Of a DNA stretch of 64,000 bases, positions 41,439 to 50,511 are shown piece by piece. The DNA is taken from the IMG/VR virus record IMGVR_UViG_3300009788_000088. One strand, written 5' to 3'. Both the position numbers and the translations under genes were made by a program. A model generated the notes under the pieces. It saw nothing but the letters and a program-made list of their open reading frames with translations. It made no database searches and had not been told where the DNA came from. The DNA comes from a virus. Positions within the stretch are counted from its first letter, which is position 1. The number at the start of each line of letters is the position of its first letter.

Positions 41439-44054
41439 TTAACATTTCGAATGACCACAATCTACACAGTTGATACACCCTTCAGCCATCCTCAGTTTAC
41501 CACCACACTCCGGGCAAGCGCCAAGGAACTCCTGTAGATTCTCATCTTGTACAAACCGCATGAGGAACTTCTTGATATGATAAACGAAAGACCCCACACC
41601 AACGTTCACCGTATCCAGTGCCTTGATAGTTTCAATGATCGGAACATTATGACGACATAAGAGTCCAACCATCCGGCATATCTTGTCCACGTTTGATTGA
41701 ACGGCCGCTTTCTCTTGTGTCTCTACAATCCGTTCCTCTGGAATTCCATGGGACCGGGCCAGCGTTTCCATGACTTCCACAGCCTCTTCTGCCCACACAT
41801 TCTTCTCACGTGAATTGGTAGAAGCGAAGATTGCAAAAGGCGCTGTCATTTGCTTATCCTTAAAACAGATATGGAGATACCATTTCCGTCCTTCTGACTT
41901 GATGATAAAACCACGGGCCGGATATTCATCTGGTAAAGAAACCTCTTTGAAAACCTCTCCGTTCTCATGACCATCAAAATTCTTAAGAAATTCCCGTATC
42001 TGCTTCTTGGCAGACTTGGTACGCTCTTCAGATTGGGCTTTAGTCTCCAACACAGCCGCTGTGGTGCCCTCTCTATATGTGGTAATACCACGGACACCTT
42101 CAACCCACAAACGTTCCCACAGGCCCTTGTAATCATCCAGAGGGTAATCCCTGTGAAGGTTTACCGTCTTGGACACAGAATTGTCTACATACTGAGAGAA
42201 AATAATAAATGGTGAGAGGTGTTCAGACACATCCAGTTCATGGGCAGACACGAAAATACCCCTCTCCTTCAATTCTTCGAAGTTGGGTAAGTTCTTCTTG
42301 GCCCATGCATACCCGTAGTCTTCACAGTAGATTCTCTCCCTGAATCCGTGATTGGGGTCCAGCATGAAGTTCCCATCCTCAGTCATCAGAACTTCCTCAT
42401 CCCCAAGCTTGACCTTCTTGAAACTCTTGGTCGGGCTGTAATCTCCGTTCACGAAGTCTGGGAAATCCAGTTTATACTTTTTTGCATACCATTTCCAGCG
42501 GTGTGTCTCAATGACCCAACGATAATATTCTTGTTCGAAGACAGGCTCCATACCCCCGGAGACCAGCCCCATGAAAACGCCAGTATTCCCAGTAGGCGCA
42601 CAAGTGGAGAGTTGGGCATTCCTAAGTCCATTTTTGAATATACCTTGACGTTTCCATTCTTCTATAAAGACATCATTGGCAAGAGGTCCGTTGGCTAGAT
42701 AACCTTCTTTCCATATCTTAGCCATATCACAAAGCGGAAAAGCTCCTTTTTCTGTAGCCAAACCCGCCGAAATTTTATATTCATTGCGGCTTTTGTAAGT
42801 AAGAAGCATTGTGGTAAATGTGTTTGCGTCCTGTGAACCGTACCTGAGTCCTAACATGTAGAGCATAGAACCATAACCCAAAACCCCTACCCCGATTTTC
42901 CGGCGGAGTAAGGCGGCGTTCTTTAACCCCTCTAAAGGATACCCGGAGATATCAATAAGGTTATCCAAAGCCCGGACCAAAATGGAGTTGTCCTGTCTGA
43001 ATAACTCCATATCAAATTTAGGGTAACCGCTTTCTTCGTCTACCGAAACATACTGAGTCATGTTGTGGTGACCAAGATTGCAAATGTCACCAATATGATC
43101 CAGCCCTTTGGCATGTCCGGCGTCACCAATCATCCCTATCTCCCCACAGGGATTTGTAGTGCTGACCTTGCCGTGATACCAGAGGTTGTTATATCGGTTG
43201 GCGGCATCCTTGAACCAGATACCGGGTTCATTCCTCTTGTACATGGACTCCATGAGAATGTCCCAAAGGTCACGGGCCGGGATGGTCTCATAGACCTTAC
43301 GGGGGAAGTCATTACTCTCCCATAAATCAAAATCACCGTTCCAGTGCTTGTCATAATCTTTCCAATTAATATCCGGAAACCAAAGCTCCCAGTCAGCATT
43401 TTTGGACAGGGCCTTCATAAACTTATCTGTCACGATGACAGACATGTTGAATTTGGTCAGAACATTCGGAATGTTTTTGGCTTTAATAAACCGAAGTATC
43501 TCCGGATGAGAAATATGTAGCATCCCCATCATGGCACCCTTGCGTACCCGGCGCTTCGGGTTCACATCTGAAGGAACCTGTGTGTACTCTCCGCCGGGAT
43601 GACCTTGAGTCATTATCTCAGATGACTTATCATACAGTTCCATGAATTTGGTTACGCCGGGGGTGCCCACTCCAATACCTTTAATGAAAGTTCCTTGTGG
43701 CCGGAGATGAGAAAAATCGAACCCAATTCCACCCTCCGTCTTCAGGATGTGAGCGGCATTGGTCAAATCTTGGTAGATATTCGCAATAGAGTCCACAGGC
43801 TTAATAGCACGTTGGGCTCCGTAACAATTAAAGTTAGAGGTGTTTTTATAATGGGTTCCTACATTAGCCACGATACGACCGCCAAAGGATATGCGGCGGT
43901 TGATAAGTGCAAGATAGAGTTGATCTCTATACACCCCATCTTCCCCGGCCATAATGGTATTGGCCAGACGTGCCATTGTATCTTCAATCGTTTCATTGCC
44001 GTACTGGTAGTTTTCCCGCCAGATTTGTTCAGAGAACGGGTTGTCAAAAAACAT
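41439..44054 (-). CDS. nrdJ: class II (adenosylcobalamin-dependent) ribonucleotide reductase
   Basis: FNC, GGIG.DFS.LRP, R.GA.M, TNPCGEI, CNLG, APTG, SVSKTVN, GITTYR, C-terminal CPEC...CVDCGHSKC; no adjacent beta subunit. Confidence 0.85.
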   Translation of the reverse strand: MFFDNPFSEQIWRENYQYGNETIEDTMARLANTIMAGEDGVYRDQLYLALINRRISFGGRIVANVGTHYKNTSNFNCYGAQRAIKPVDSIANIYQDLTNAAHILKTEGGIGFDFSHLRPQGTFIKGIGVGTPGVTKFMELYDKSSEIMTQGHPGGEYTQVPSDVNPKRRVRKGAMMGMLHISHPEILRFIKAKNIPNVLTKFNMSVIVTDKFMKALSKNADWELWFPDINWKDYDKHWNGDFDLWESNDFPRKVYETIPARDLWDILMESMYKRNEPGIWFKDAANRYNNLWYHGKVSTTNPCGEIGMIGDAGHAKGLDHIGDICNLGHHNMTQYVSVDEESGYPKFDMELFRQDNSILVRALDNLIDISGYPLEGLKNAALLRRKIGVGVLGYGSMLYMLGLRYGSQDANTFTTMLLTYKSRNEYKISAGLATEKGAFPLCDMAKIWKEGYLANGPLANDVFIEEWKRQGIFKNGLRNAQLSTCAPTGNTGVFMGLVSGGMEPVFEQEYYRWVIETHRWKWYAKKYKLDFPDFVNGDYSPTKSFKKVKLGDEEVLMTEDGNFMLDPNHGFRERIYCEDYGYAWAKKNLPNFEELKERGIFVSAHELDVSEHLSPFIIFSQYVDNSVSKTVNLHRDYPLDDYKGLWERLWVEGVRGITTYREGTTAAVLETKAQSEERTKSAKKQIREFLKNFDGHENGEVFKEVSLPDEYPARGFIIKSEGRKWYLHICFKDKQMTAPFAIFASTNSREKNVWAEEAVEVMETLARSHGIPEERIVETQEKAAVQSNVDKICRMVGLLCRHNVPIIETIKALDTVNVGVGSFVYHIKKFLMRFVQDENLQEFLGACPECGGKLRMAEGCINCVDCGHSKC

Positions 44055-44081
44055 TATGAGACTCCTGTTGGGATAAGAGGC

Positions 44082-44109
44082 GGGGAGGGAAACCGGAGTC
44101 TCCCTCCCC
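44082..44109 (-). other. extra-stable hairpin with cUCCGg tetraloop
   Basis: GGGGAGGGAGAC-UCCG-GUUUCCCUCCCC, no U tract. Confidence 0.7.
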
Positions 44110-44135
44110 TATGGGCGTGGCAGAGGGGCTATGGC

Positions 44136-45230
44136 TTATCCTTTAGAATCCTTCAATTTCTTGAAGAATTCCGCATCAGGATCATTTTCCTCCGAGGTTT
44201 CCGGAAGTGTTTCGGTGACACTGGCCTCTTGTTCAACCTTCATTTCTTCCCCGAAGGTTTGAATCTCTGCGGTCTGGACCGCAGGAGTTTCCGTCTCCGG
44301 TGGGGAATCGGGCGGTGTGTTTGACGGAGTTTCGGGAGGTGTATCCGGGGCCTTTCCCCCATCCTGTTCTTTGAGCCATGCGGCCAGACCGGAATTATCC
44401 CCAGCATCAACTTTACCGCCGTCTCCGGCTTCTTGTTCGGCACGGAGCATCTTGTCGAAGATGTCCGGCTCGTTGGCATCTCGCATAAACTTCTGGAGAC
44501 TTTCCAACAGAACCTCTCCGCTCTTGAACCGGGACTCTTCCCCAAATTCATCAAGATCATAGACCATACCCAGTACGGCCTGAATCTTCTTACCATCACC
44601 ACCAAGGAACGGAGCGGGGGTCATGAAGGAACAGTTGTCATAATTAGCACGTTTGTCCTTCGTAGCGACCTCAACAATAAAGTCAGCGCCTGTCAGGAGA
44701 TTAAAAGGATTGACACCTTCAATATTCAGTTCCGGGTCGTTCTCCAATTTGCTCATGAGTTTGTTAAAGACAGTGACACCGAACTTCCAGAGCTTCACCT
44801 TACCGGTGTTTTCCGGGTGAACAGAGTCCTTGATAACGAACACGTTGGCTACGTACTGCTTCTTGCGGTAGAACGTGTACGCAATCTGCTTTTCCGGAGA
44901 ACCATCCGGGGCTTTCCAATAAGGCTTGGTTGCGATACAAATATCACACTCCAGCCCGATAGTGGCGGGACATAGTTCCCAGAAAAAACGTCCGCCTCTT
45001 TCTATCCTATGATAGAAGTTGGGAACAAAAGGAACTTTTTTGTCCTCCAGAGGCATCTGGGGCAGGAACCGTACAAGGTGACGGCCCTTTCCATCAGACC
45101 CCCTGTCTGGATACCACGTCTTGTTATCATCAAACCCCGTGGGTGTGGCCTCATCCTTAGCATCCCGGACACTCTCATCCAATTTGCCCATCTGTTCAGC
45201 TAAATACTTATCAAAATCCGTTTCCATCAT
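44136..45230 (-). CDS. 32: single-stranded DNA-binding protein (T4 gp32-like)
   Basis: VRFLP, C..TIG.ECDIC, NVFVIKD..HPEN.GKV, F.L..GADF, NYD, acidic tail. Confidence 0.92.
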   Translation of the reverse strand: MMETDFDKYLAEQMGKLDESVRDAKDEATPTGFDDNKTWYPDRGSDGKGRHLVRFLPQMPLEDKKVPFVPNFYHRIERGGRFFWELCPATIGLECDICIATKPYWKAPDGSPEKQIAYTFYRKKQYVANVFVIKDSVHPENTGKVKLWKFGVTVFNKLMSKLENDPELNIEGVNPFNLLTGADFIVEVATKDKRANYDNCSFMTPAPFLGGDGKKIQAVLGMVYDLDEFGEESRFKSGEVLLESLQKFMRDANEPDIFDKMLRAEQEAGDGGKVDAGDNSGLAAWLKEQDGGKAPDTPPETPSNTPPDSPPETETPAVQTAEIQTFGEEMKVEQEASVTETLPETSEENDPDAEFFKKLKDSKG

Positions 45231-45876
45231 TTTCTCCTTTTCCATTACCGTTACCATTACCGTTACTGTTACCATTACCGTCGCCGTCTAATTTTAAATA
45301 ATTATCTGGCTCTTCTTTGAATCGTGTTTTTAGTATATCCCAAACTTCATTTTTTGTTATAAATATTTTTCCTCCTGATACCATTGCAAAATCGTTGATA
45401 ATAAGCCAACGATAAGCCTTTTGAATCATACCATTACGATAAAAGTCCCGTGGATTAGCTTCAAGATTAAGCCAACCAACACAAAAACAAAATGTTAAAG
45501 GATTGATAAATCCATTAGCCAATGCATAAAATAATGGAAATTCATCTTCCTCCATACGACGAAGGTCTTTCTTGATGTGATACTCTGGGGCTTCCAAGAG
45601 CATTGCCACTTCTTGGATGTTGGTGATATTGGATGTAACGTCCGGGACAGCTTTGACATTCGGGAAGAGATAAGCGACTGACAACCAAAGCTTGAGTTCC
45701 TTTTTAGAGGAAACGTTGGCCGCCAGCCATCTATAATGTTTTTGAAGAGGGGAATTCAATAATGTGGACACGGTGATATTCTTCATCCCATGAGCAAACC
45801 GTTGATACTTCACCTTCTTATAATAAGAACGTATCAACACATCATATTGATACGCTACCAATGGGTCTACTTTCAC
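45211..45876 (-). CDS. probable helicase loader (gp59-like, by synteny)
   Basis: Size and position between gp33 and gp32 as in T4; motif similarity is weak. Confidence 0.5.
   Translation of the reverse strand: MKVDPLVAYQYDVLIRSYYKKVKYQRFAHGMKNITVSTLLNSPLQKHYRWLAANVSSKKELKLWLSVAYLFPNVKAVPDVTSNITNIQEVAMLLEAPEYHIKKDLRRMEEDEFPLFYALANGFINPLTFCFCVGWLNLEANPRDFYRNGMIQKAYRWLIINDFAMVSGGKIFITKNEVWDILKTRFKEEPDNYLKLDGDGNGNSNGNGNGNGKGENDGNGF
45243..45288 (-). repeat. GGTAAY hexamer tandem repeat (GN dipeptides)
   Basis: gacggcgacggtaatggtaacagtaacggtaatggtaacggtaatg. Confidence 0.85.
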
Positions 45877-46073
45877 CGCTTCCTCTTCAACCCCCCAGAC
45901 GCAATAAGTTCTTCCTTGAGCTTCTTTTTGAGTCGGGGTGTTATCACGTCATCAGCAAAATCCTCTGGGTCTACTCCATTACGAACGCAGTATTCCACAA
46001 TGAGGTCTTTGAGGGGGACATCATGTTTAGCCGCTTCATATTCTATTTTGGCACAAACTTCTGGATTCGCCAT
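45873..46073 (-). CDS. 33: late transcription co-activator (gp33-like)
   Basis: IE......L.D.IVEYC..NG.DPE....I...LK.KLK.E pattern plus synteny. Confidence 0.75.
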   Translation of the reverse strand: MANPEVCAKIEYEAAKHDVPLKDLIVEYCVRNGVDPEDFADDVITPRLKKKLKEELIASGGLKRKR

Positions 46074-46432
46074 TATTTTTTAATAATCAACTCAGAATCT
46101 TTAGCCTGAGATTTGTTGACAGCGGCGATTTCAGTAGACGTAGCAAGCTGAATTCCCATATAGGATTGACCTACAGCTTTCTTGTATTCATCAAGAAGAC
46201 GCTGTGGAGCGGGAACCCTGAACCGAATTTCGTCTTCGGACACGTTGCAGGAGTAATCCCTCAAATCATCCGTGAACCAAATGATTGCGGTGGGATAAGG
46301 GCCAACACTGATTTGAAAACCATCTGAAGTCATTCCAGTCTTCAGCATAACCGGGTGTAAAACTTTTTCTCCATCCATTTGACCAGCAATAATAGTCCCA
46401 TTTTTAAGCCCGATAATTGACACGTCTTTCAT
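46073..46432 (-). CDS. Sm-like fold hypothetical protein
   Basis: GGAGG RBS at 46440; IIGLKNGTIIAG...VLHPV. Confidence 0.5.
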   Translation of the reverse strand: MKDVSIIGLKNGTIIAGQMDGEKVLHPVMLKTGMTSDGFQISVGPYPTAIIWFTDDLRDYSCNVSEDEIRFRVPAPQRLLDEYKKAVGQSYMGIQLATSTEIAAVNKSQAKDSELIIKK

Positions 46433-46583
46433 TCTGTAACCTCCTTTAGTTTCAATTGTTACACCAGTATATATCATTCGATCAGTTTTGTTATGATTTT
46501 TTTCCCAAAATTCTCCCTTACCATAAAAAGAACATCGGGGTTCGCAATTTACACAAGCTCGACATTGCCAAGGATGAAGGTCT

Positions 46584-46880
46584 CTACTCATCCTTCTTGG
46601 CTTCTTCATACTTCAGCCTAAAGTTTTTCAATTGATCATAAAAATAGGGCTTGAGTTGATAAGTCTCAAGATAAAATTGATCTGGACAAGCTTCACCTTC
46701 CGGAAGCAGAAACTCTGTAACTGATCCAAATCCCGAAGAAGCCGTAACAGAAACACATACCTTGTACACGGCTGTATCGAAATCAGACATGGCCGGAGCC
46801 TGAAGGTCCGGAAGTTCAGTCGGGGGAACGACCTGTGTCCCAACGAAAAAGGCTACTATAATGGCAAATAAAATGTTCAT
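46584..46880 (-). CDS. exported/membrane hypothetical protein
   Basis: Hydrophobic N-terminus, AAGGAG RBS. Confidence 0.55.
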   Translation of the reverse strand: MNILFAIIVAFFVGTQVVPPTELPDLQAPAMSDFDTAVYKVCVSVTASSGFGSVTEFLLPEGEACPDQFYLETYQLKPYFYDQLKNFRLKYEEAKKDE

Positions 46881-46911
46881 ATCATTACTCCTTTGTTATT
46901 AAAATGACAAA

Positions 46912-47325
46912 TTAATTCTTAAGAGACTTGACCACTTCTGGGTCTGTTATGTGATAAGCCGGAACATGTTTCCAACCTTTATAATCAGCCATGGCTATTC
47001 TGTGCCAGCCATCAATGACCATACTTCCACCTAAATCTGGATCATCTACTAAAATGACCGGGGCGGAAAATTTTGTTTTTTCCGCTTTTTCGGGGTCCAC
47101 TCCTATACTCATCAAATTACCCATTTTATCCCCAGTCTTCTTCCAATCTTTAATCCGTATGGATAACCATTTCACCAAATCTTTCGTGGGTATGTTTGTT
47201 ATCTTAACCTTATCACGATTAGCACGAATCCAACGTTTGGCTTTATCAACATCATACCGAATCAACCCGAACTTAAAAGTTTCGTATTCAAGAAGAATTT
47301 CTCTGAATTCAGCAAATTTTACCAT
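46912..47325 (-). CDS. ParB/Srx-like domain protein with CTS-like tag
   Basis: PVILV...VIDGWHR..A; MVKFAEFREILLE. Confidence 0.65.
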   Translation of the reverse strand: MVKFAEFREILLEYETFKFGLIRYDVDKAKRWIRANRDKVKITNIPTKDLVKWLSIRIKDWKKTGDKMGNLMSIGVDPEKAEKTKFSAPVILVDDPDLGGSMVIDGWHRIAMADYKGWKHVPAYHITDPEVVKSLKN

Positions 47326-47708
47326 TTGACTGTCAAAACTTTCCCGCCACCCTTAAAGTCTCGCTTCTTCATGATGGTCTTGACAATCATGTCCATGTCA
47401 CCTTCAAGAGCATCTTTCTTATAGGTAACCGGAAGATTCAATTTAGTCCGCACGTCCTTGATGACCGCTTCCCATTCCTTTTTGGTAAGCTTATCTTTAT
47501 ACCGGGCGATGAATCGCTTGAACACATCAAGGATTTCATCAGCCGTGACACCACCCTCACGTTGGCCTGTCAAAAGCCTGTCTTTAACAACATGCCGGGT
47601 GAACACAATATCAACCCCGAAGGGCTCAAACATCTTATCCAGCTTCTGTTCAAGACTCCGGACTTCCCCCATCGACATTTCATTTACGAAGGTGTTAAAA
47701 CGTTTCAT
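47319..47708 (-). CDS. RelE/BECR-like protein with CTS-like tag
   Basis: MKRFNTFVNE; IVFTRH..DR...VKTIM. Confidence 0.45.
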   Translation of the reverse strand: MKRFNTFVNEMSMGEVRSLEQKLDKMFEPFGVDIVFTRHVVKDRLLTGQREGGVTADEILDVFKRFIARYKDKLTKKEWEAVIKDVRTKLNLPVTYKKDALEGDMDMIVKTIMKKRDFKGGGKVLTVKW

Positions 47709-48619
47709 GGGGCGATACTCCATCTCTTATATATTTTTTCAATAAAATCTTCAACGTTTGTGGTTTTTAAATGTCTCATCGCCTTAACCAGAGAATCAGA
47801 ACCGCCACGGGCTTTATAATTATGTATATCATTCTCCAACCCTCTTTTAATATCTATCCGATCTCTCTCATAATTATAACCACGTTGTAGGGTGTCCAAC
47901 AATTCACGCCCATCTTTACTTAACCTTGTCACATTAGCAACCGGACTATGTGCTAATTCTATCCACGGATCGAACGGGTTTCTTCTTTTCCTTCCGGCAT
48001 ATATATTAATACTTAATGGTTCTGTTGACCCAAACAGTCCACTCTTTAGTGGATTGAACGTTTTTCTAATATTACGGGTTCTCCAGTTCCTATCATTATC
48101 ATAAAAATATATAGGAATTTTTTTCTGTTTTGCGATGGTCAAAATATTTCGTATTGATTTCAAGTCTTGTTGATGTATATATTTTTGATCTTCCAAATCA
48201 AAAAACACATGAATGGCTTTAATGTACGATATTGCGTTTGGGATTGTTGAACTTGTACTAAACAAACGATCCTCTGCTTCAGATGCTTGTCTCCCAAATT
48301 CCGGACCCCAATAATCCACAGTCTTTCCTGAATACCTTTGTCCTAACTTTTTTCCATCCAACTCAAAATATAAACCAGTGTAGCCGATACTCTCAAAATA
48401 ACGTGCGTTTGGTGTTCTCGCTGTTGAGAAATAATATATCTTATTTTTGCTTTTCCTTGATGTATCGTCTGATGGTGTTCCCAAACTTAGTGTCAACATA
48501 AATTTGTTCGATTTTAATATACTTTCCGCACTACCAGTGTTAGTTATATGGAATAGAGTATCAGACAGTCCTTCATCAATTAGTGTCTTGTCGTTTATGA
48601 AAGTATTGAATCGTTTCAT
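47705..48619 (-). CDS. ADP-ribosyltransferase-like protein with CTS-like tag
   Basis: MKRFNTFIND.TLIDE; LFHIT, YFSTAR, EAEDR. Confidence 0.55.
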   Translation of the reverse strand: MKRFNTFINDKTLIDEGLSDTLFHITNTGSAESILKSNKFMLTLSLGTPSDDTSRKSKNKIYYFSTARTPNARYFESIGYTGLYFELDGKKLGQRYSGKTVDYWGPEFGRQASEAEDRLFSTSSTIPNAISYIKAIHVFFDLEDQKYIHQQDLKSIRNILTIAKQKKIPIYFYDNDRNWRTRNIRKTFNPLKSGLFGSTEPLSINIYAGRKRRNPFDPWIELAHSPVANVTRLSKDGRELLDTLQRGYNYERDRIDIKRGLENDIHNYKARGGSDSLVKAMRHLKTTNVEDFIEKIYKRWSIAP

Positions 48620-48841
48620 TCCGTTTAGTCCACTCTTCCAATACGGAGAAAGGGAATACTTGTGATATCCCCTTCTCAATTAAGGTGACATTGTGTCCCA
48701 TTATTTTACCAAGTCTGATATAATCCCCAGTAGCCGGATTGTAACATCCAAGCGCATCCCCGTCTGGCTGGGTGTATCCTTTCCGGGCGGCCAACTTCGT
48801 GAAGACGGACCAAACCTGTTCCCACTTCAGGTATGTTACAC

Positions 48842-49246
48842 TCACTCTGTGTTTCTCCGCCTTTTCGTAAAGGTATACTTGGGAATTAATGACCACTCAT
48901 CCCTTTCCGCCGCTTTAAGAACGTAGACTTGTGTGGTCCGGTCCTCAATCCCGTCCTCGTTGGTTAGGATTTCGATGAGACCCCACTTCTCCAGAAGATA
49001 GGCCACGGCGTTCCGCCTCCACCTGTCACTATCTGAAAGGTTGGCGGTTTTTCCATCCAACAAAAACATCTCCTTAAAATGGACAATATAAAACTTGCCC
49101 CTCTTTTGGAGAATGTGGCAGGACTGATAAAGTTTTTTCTGTTTGGTATCCGCTATGCCAATTCTGGTGAGCGTTTCGGCAATAACAGAAAAATCGTTCA
49201 CAAGGGATACTTCAATGAACGACTCTAGGATTTGTTCGACATCCAT
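48842..49246 (-). CDS. regA: translational repressor RegA
   Basis: ETLTRIGIA, LYQSCHILQKRG.YIVHFKEM..LDG, RRN....L..WGL. Confidence 0.97.
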   Translation of the reverse strand: MDVEQILESFIEVSLVNDFSVIAETLTRIGIADTKQKKLYQSCHILQKRGKFYIVHFKEMFLLDGKTANLSDSDRWRRNAVAYLLEKWGLIEILTNEDGIEDRTTQVYVLKAAERDEWSLIPKYTFTKRRRNTE

Positions 49247-49287
49247 AGTAAACCCCCTTTCGCATAATAAATACTCATGGTATTTTA

Positions 49288-49296
49288 AGTATTTAT
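49288..49296 (-). promoter_or_regulatory. late promoter upstream of regA and cargo genes
   Basis: ATAAATACT(T); inverted copy at 49267-49275. Confidence 0.55.
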
Positions 49297-49324
49297 CATG
49301 GAAAGGGGGTATGGAGTGCTTTGA

Positions 49325-49576
49325 TCAGGCGGCGGCTTCCTTTTCCTTCGGCTGTGAGGCTTCTGGCGAAGCTTGTGGCTGTTGATCCACCGTGGCTTCG
49401 TTCAATTTGTGATCTCCACACCAATCGGTGTTGAAGAGAACAGGCCAGCCATTCATGGTCGGCGAACGGCGGCGACAGCGGCCCACAATACCCATTTTAC
49501 AAACCCAATACATGCACGTGGCACATCTCATGCCTTTTGGCCTGTCGGCCCAATTATCTTTCACTGGTGTTGACAT
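49325..49576 (-). CDS. small four-Cys metal-binding protein
   Basis: CATC..W...GRCRRRSP...WP....DWCG. Confidence 0.6.
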   Translation of the reverse strand: MSTPVKDNWADRPKGMRCATCMYWVCKMGIVGRCRRRSPTMNGWPVLFNTDWCGDHKLNEATVDQQPQASPEASQPKEKEAAA

Positions 49577-49577
49577 A

Positions 49578-50120
49578 TTAATCCTCCTTTATATCAATGT
49601 AATAAAACGGTCTTCTAACACCCGCCGAAAAATATTCAGCGGCTTCCAAAGCTTTTTTCATTCTTTCTTTCGGACTGCCTTCACTTTTAAAAAGCGACCC
49701 CTTTGCGTAAGGAGCACCACTACCATCAGCTTGGAAATCTAATCTATTTTGATATAACGAATAATCACTGTCAATAGTATAAATTTCACCATCAACCACG
49801 ACTAACAACCACGTTCCCACCATTTCTTCAACTTCATCTTTTTTCTTCTGAAATCCTGAATCGGTCATTACTTTTTTAAGCCACGGAATAAATTTTTGTA
49901 TCATATAATTATGTGTTACTTTTGTTTTTGGTTCGGGTGGATTATCGGCCCCTATTAATAATGATGATGAACGCAATCTTCCGGTTATACCTATTACATA
50001 CCTACCTTTTTTAAAAATTTTCTTTTGTTTAAGAACATCACATTCATATCCTATTGTCATCAACGAATCAGCCCCAACCAAAATTCCATTATCATGTTTA
50101 AGCGCAATAATACATGTCAT
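49578..50120 (-). CDS. HslV/proteasome-beta-like Ntn protease
   Basis: N-terminal Thr (MTCIIA), GADS, KKIF, GSG.PYA.G.L. Confidence 0.85.
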   Translation of the reverse strand: MTCIIALKHDNGILVGADSLMTIGYECDVLKQKKIFKKGRYVIGITGRLRSSSLLIGADNPPEPKTKVTHNYMIQKFIPWLKKVMTDSGFQKKKDEVEEMVGTWLLVVVDGEIYTIDSDYSLYQNRLDFQADGSGAPYAKGSLFKSEGSPKERMKKALEAAEYFSAGVRRPFYYIDIKED

Positions 50121-50127
50121 TAGTTAA

Positions 50128-50511
50128 TTAACCTTCTTTATAAAACTTCTTTTGTGATATTATAATTTGAATTTGTTCCACTGTCAGAAGCGCCGTATAA
50201 CTTTCACCTACAGCCTCATCCACCCCATAAATATACATAACAGCCTCTAGCGCCTTGTCTGCCCCCTTCTTATAATACTTAATGAACCGCTTCTTATGGG
50301 GTAAAAGATACCAATAAAAGAGGAAATGTATACGCTTTGGCACGTTGAGACCTGTGGCCACTGTTGCAAGTTGTGCCTCTTTCGATCCTCCAAGGGAGAT
50401 GATACGATTAACCATCCACGGAACATACTCCTTCTCATCGAAGGCGTTAATATCTAATTTTTCACTGAGGTTCTTGACATAATCATATGGAGACCGACCC
50501 TTTTTACTCAC
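50128..50511 (-). CDS. 62: clamp loader small subunit (gp62-like)
   Basis: Y.PWMVNR..S, .KKRF.K; follows gp44. Confidence 0.8.
   Translation of the reverse strand: MSKKGRSPYDYVKNLSEKLDINAFDEKEYVPWMVNRIISLGGSKEAQLATVATGLNVPKRIHFLFYWYLLPHKKRFIKYYKKGADKALEAVMYIYGVDEAVGESYTALLTVEQIQIIISQKKFYKEG

Noticed and set aside
44060-44141. Cobalamin riboswitch before nrdJ
   Set aside because: Too short and no recognisable B12-box; such switches usually control B12-independent isoenzymes
45243-45288. DGR template repeat (AAY-rich)
   Set aside because: Too short, no matching variable repeat, and no reverse transcriptase in the window
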